Positions 61,574 through 64,000 of a DNA stretch of 64,000 nucleotides are shown here, in pieces. Source of the DNA: Dehalococcoidia bacterium (lineage in GTDB: Bacteria > Chloroflexota > Dehalococcoidia > GIF9 > UBA5629); contig JBEKIW010000003.1 in NCBI GenBank assembly GCA_050011565.1, positions 28,137 through 92,136 of the forward strand, given 5' to 3'. A program made the translations under genes and the position numbers. How positions within the stretch are numbered: the stretch's first letter is position 1; each line of letters starts with the position of its first letter. Below the pieces are notes generated by a model. That model saw only the letters and a program-made list of their open reading frames with translations, was not told the DNA's origin and did no database searches.

Positions 61574-62110
61574 TTAAATCCATACAGCAAATGGCGGCTT
61601 GTTAATAACCTTGAAATCTCTCTGTGCGGTGATAGTTTTGCATTCAACTGCAACCTCAACAAATACATGATACAAACCCAATCCAAGAATCTCGTCTTGC
61701 TCAAAAACCCGAACTAGCCCTTCTGCATCTTCAACTGTTGCAATTCCAAATTGGGATGGGAATATTGATGGTGGTAAGCTTATTCTCTGGGCGGGAGCTA
61801 TGCCTGCATGGGATATTAAGGATGGTACTATTTCCGCAACAGCATTGCTTCCGTCATTTCCGTTTTTAATAGAAAAACGAACTACTATGTCGTCTGCCAC
61901 CATTCTGCGAATACCTACTATTTGTAACAAGCGACTTCTAATTTGTGGGTTATATAATTCGCCTTGTAATACTTTTCCGCCCTTCACTTCCCGAACACCA
62001 AAATGGATTATCAACTTCGGTTTTCCCAAAAACACTTGAAACACAGTGGGGAGAGCCATTAGTGCTACAACCAAAGCAAGGATGCTGATAATAAAGGCAG
62101 CCAGAGCCAT
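61574..62110 (-). CDS. hypothetical N-terminally membrane-anchored protein
   Basis: 178 aa, one N-terminal TM helix followed by a beta-rich domain. Lower GC. Bracketed by the 61459/62197 direct repeats. Confidence 0.55.
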   Translation of the reverse strand: MALAAFIISILALVVALMALPTVFQVFLGKPKLIIHFGVREVKGGKVLQGELYNPQIRSRLLQIVGIRRMVADDIVVRFSIKNGNDGSNAVAEIVPSLISHAGIAPAQRISLPPSIFPSQFGIATVEDAEGLVRVFEQDEILGLGLYHVFVEVAVECKTITAQRDFKVINKPPFAVWI

Positions 62111-62205
62111 GCCTTAATTCTACCACATTGGAGTTTCGCAGCTAATTTAAACCTTAATCTGTCCATAGCGATTATGCTAGAATTAGGAAACAGGTTTTAA
62201 AGACC

Positions 62206-63183
62206 ATGCCGGCAAATCTACCACCGCAGTACTACGACGCTGAAAAACGCTATCGGACGGCCAAAACTCCCGAGGATAAAATTGAGGCGCTAGAGACCAT
62301 GCTGGCTATCATGCCCAGGCACAAGGGCACCGATCATCTGTATGGCGACCTGAGACGAAGAATCGCCAAGCTCACCGAAGAGGCGGAACGAAAAGCCACC
62401 ACCAGCCGGACCAGCTTCTACATCAGAAAAGAAGGCGCCGGCCAGGTAGCCCTGGTGGGGCTGCCAAATACCGGCAAATCACAACTGCTGGCCGCTGTCA
62501 CCGACGCCTTCCCCGAAATAGGAGATTATCCCTTCACTACCAAGTCTCCCAATATAGGTATGATGAAATTCGAAAACATTCAAATTCAATTGATAGACAC
62601 TCCTCCGGTTACAGGCCGCGATTCCCGCGTCTGGCTGAATAACGTCGCCAGAAACGCCGACTTAATAGCCATTATCGCAGATTTAAACAAAAATCCGGTG
62701 GAACAGGTTGAGACAACTCTTCAGGAGTTGGATAGTGTAGGCATCGTGCCGGCAGTAAATATGTCTCCAGAAAGCTTGATAGGCAAGCGACCCAGAAAAA
62801 TGCTGATTGTGGGCAACAAAAGCGACTTAGACACTTCGGATGCCGGCTGGCTCCGATTAAAAACGCGTTACGGTTCCCAGTTCCCTATGACAGCTGTATC
62901 AGCCACCAGCGGCAATAATCTGCAAGACCTCAAGATAAGCATTTTTCAAGCGCTGGAAATTATCAGAGTCCACACCAAGAGCCCGGGGCAGAAACCGGAT
63001 TTGACCGACCCTATAATCCTCAAAACGGGCAGCACGGTAAAAAATGCCGCCGAAGACGTTCACAAGGATTTCAAAGCCAAACTGAAGTACGCCGTCGTGT
63101 GGGGCTCAGGAAAATTCGATGGGCAGAGGGTCAGTCAAGACCATTTGCTGAAGGATAACGACATAATCGAGCTACATATCTAG
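62206..63183 (+). CDS. Obg/DRG-like GTP-binding protein with a C-terminal TGS domain
   Basis: G1 GLPNTGKS, G3 DTPP and G4 NKSD. TGS-like C-terminus (..[19 protein letters not shown]). Confidence 0.8.
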   Translation: MPANLPPQYYDAEKRYRTAKTPEDKIEALETMLAIMPRHKGTDHLYGDLRRRIAKLTEEAERKATTSRTSFYIRKEGAGQVALVGLPNTGKSQLLAAVTDAFPEIGDYPFTTKSPNIGMMKFENIQIQLIDTPPVTGRDSRVWLNNVARNADLIAIIADLNKNPVEQVETTLQELDSVGIVPAVNMSPESLIGKRPRKMLIVGNKSDLDTSDAGWLRLKTRYGSQFPMTAVSATSGNNLQDLKISIFQALEIIRVHTKSPGQKPDLTDPIILKTGSTVKNAAEDVHKDFKAKLKYAVVWGSGKFDGQRVSQDHLLKDNDIIELHI

Positions 63184-64000
63184 GCGATGCGCCCTCGCCC
63201 AGATACCGTACAACACCGCCGCCAGCTCCTCGATATATAAGCGATTTTCCAGCTTCAGCCGCCATTTGTTCGGCACAGCGTCTACGCCTAAATAAGCACC
63301 GGCTATAGCCCCGGCCATCGCGGCTATGGTATCAGTATCTCCGCCAAGGCTGACAGCAAATAGAACCACATCTTCAAACGAATCCGAATGAGACAGAAAC
63401 AAATATATGGCCGTCGGCACCGAGTTGAAAGCTTCCACGCCATTGCCCAGCTCGGCAACAGCTTTAGCCTTATCCGCCTCACCCAGCAGCATGGTCGCGC
63501 TCTCTAATTTTTTCTTGTACGTCTCGTGTTGAACAAGCTCACCCAGCCTGCCTAAGAATTCCTGCGATTCAAAGGCTTTGCCTGGTTCAAGTCCTACAGC
63601 TAAAGCCACTGCATATGCCTGCAAAGCCGCACCTTCTTTACCCAACACATGGCTGTGGGTAATTTGGCTCGACCTGTAAGCCACCTCTCTCAACATGGTT
63701 AAATCGTCATGATAAAAGACAGCTAGCGGCGCAATTCGCATCGCCGACCCATTACCGTAGGAGCCGCCGTGGTATAACTTTTCAGCCGCCTTGTCCCAGG
63801 CTTCACCATCCCTTATCATGCGGAATATATTCGGCGGGCCTGGCCCATAGCCGCGCCACGGTTCAATTTCGTAATTCCGAATAAAAACGCGCGCCATGTG
63901 CTCACCGTCAAAACCCTCTTTCTGCACCAATGATTCAGCCATACCAATCATCATGTGAGTGTCATCGGTGTAGGCTAGAATTTCCCGTCTGTCTGCCGCC
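63172..64000 (-). CDS. ADP-ribosylglycohydrolase-family protein (5' end outside the window)
   Basis: [15 protein letters not shown] and [18 protein letters not shown] motifs. The reading frame is open to the window end. Confidence 0.8.
   Translation of the reverse strand, partial: AADRREILAYTDDTHMMIGMAESLVQKEGFDGEHMARVFIRNYEIEPWRGYGPGPPNIFRMIRDGEAWDKAAEKLYHGGSYGNGSAMRIAPLAVFYHDDLTMLREVAYRSSQITHSHVLGKEGAALQAYAVALAVGLEPGKAFESQEFLGRLGELVQHETYKKKLESATMLLGEADKAKAVAELGNGVEAFNSVPTAIYLFLSHSDSFEDVVLFAVSLGGDTDTIAAMAGAIAGAYLGVDAVPNKWRLKLENRLYIEELAAVLYGIWARAHRLDM

Overview
This 64 kb chromosomal segment comes from a moderately GC-rich bacterium that uses strong AAGGAGG-type Shine-Dalgarno sites and many GTG/TTG starts. 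Gene content and order suggest a Chloroflexota or Dehalococcoidia-like organism, but that is inference only. Most of the window is housekeeping: tmk, mnmA, rnhB, a yraN-like gene, msrA/msrB, gatB, secG, cysE-cysS, ispD-ispF, radA, clpC, ruvB, rpoB-rpoC, hpt, adenine deaminase and glyQS. It also carries a NarL-type two-component system, a MoxR/VWA pair and two PadR regulators. Several observations go beyond routine annotation. (1) The window opens with an AT-rich IS6-type transposase module. Its transposase gene is translationally coupled to an ORF with a HEPN-like R-x4-H motif. (2) At least five times, one gene or a small cassette sits between direct duplications of a neighbouring gene or gene terminus. 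The duplicated pieces are the MBL hydrolase 3' end, the gatB 5' end, a GTPase 5' end, a membrane-protein 3' end, and two intact 2-TM paralogues around a PadR gene. This looks like single-crossover capture scars, and no recombinase is present. (3) One such cassette is a three-gene surface operon. It includes a secreted protein with four tandem 39-aa 'GWCC' cysteine repeats. (4) A lone membrane-anchored KAP-family P-loop NTPase lies in a lower-GC patch. (5) An orphan 5S rRNA gene with its own near-consensus promoter lies between clpC and a PadR gene. No 23S rRNA gene lies anywhere in the window. (6) A consensus promoter, a G-rich structured leader and an intrinsic terminator precede a cation-diffusion-facilitator gene, which is a candidate metal riboswitch. 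(7) Three families of modular GC-rich hairpin repeats fill many intergenic gaps and generate spurious ORFs. I found no CRISPR array and no tRNA gene. Coordinates of non-coding features are hand-derived and may be off by a few nt.
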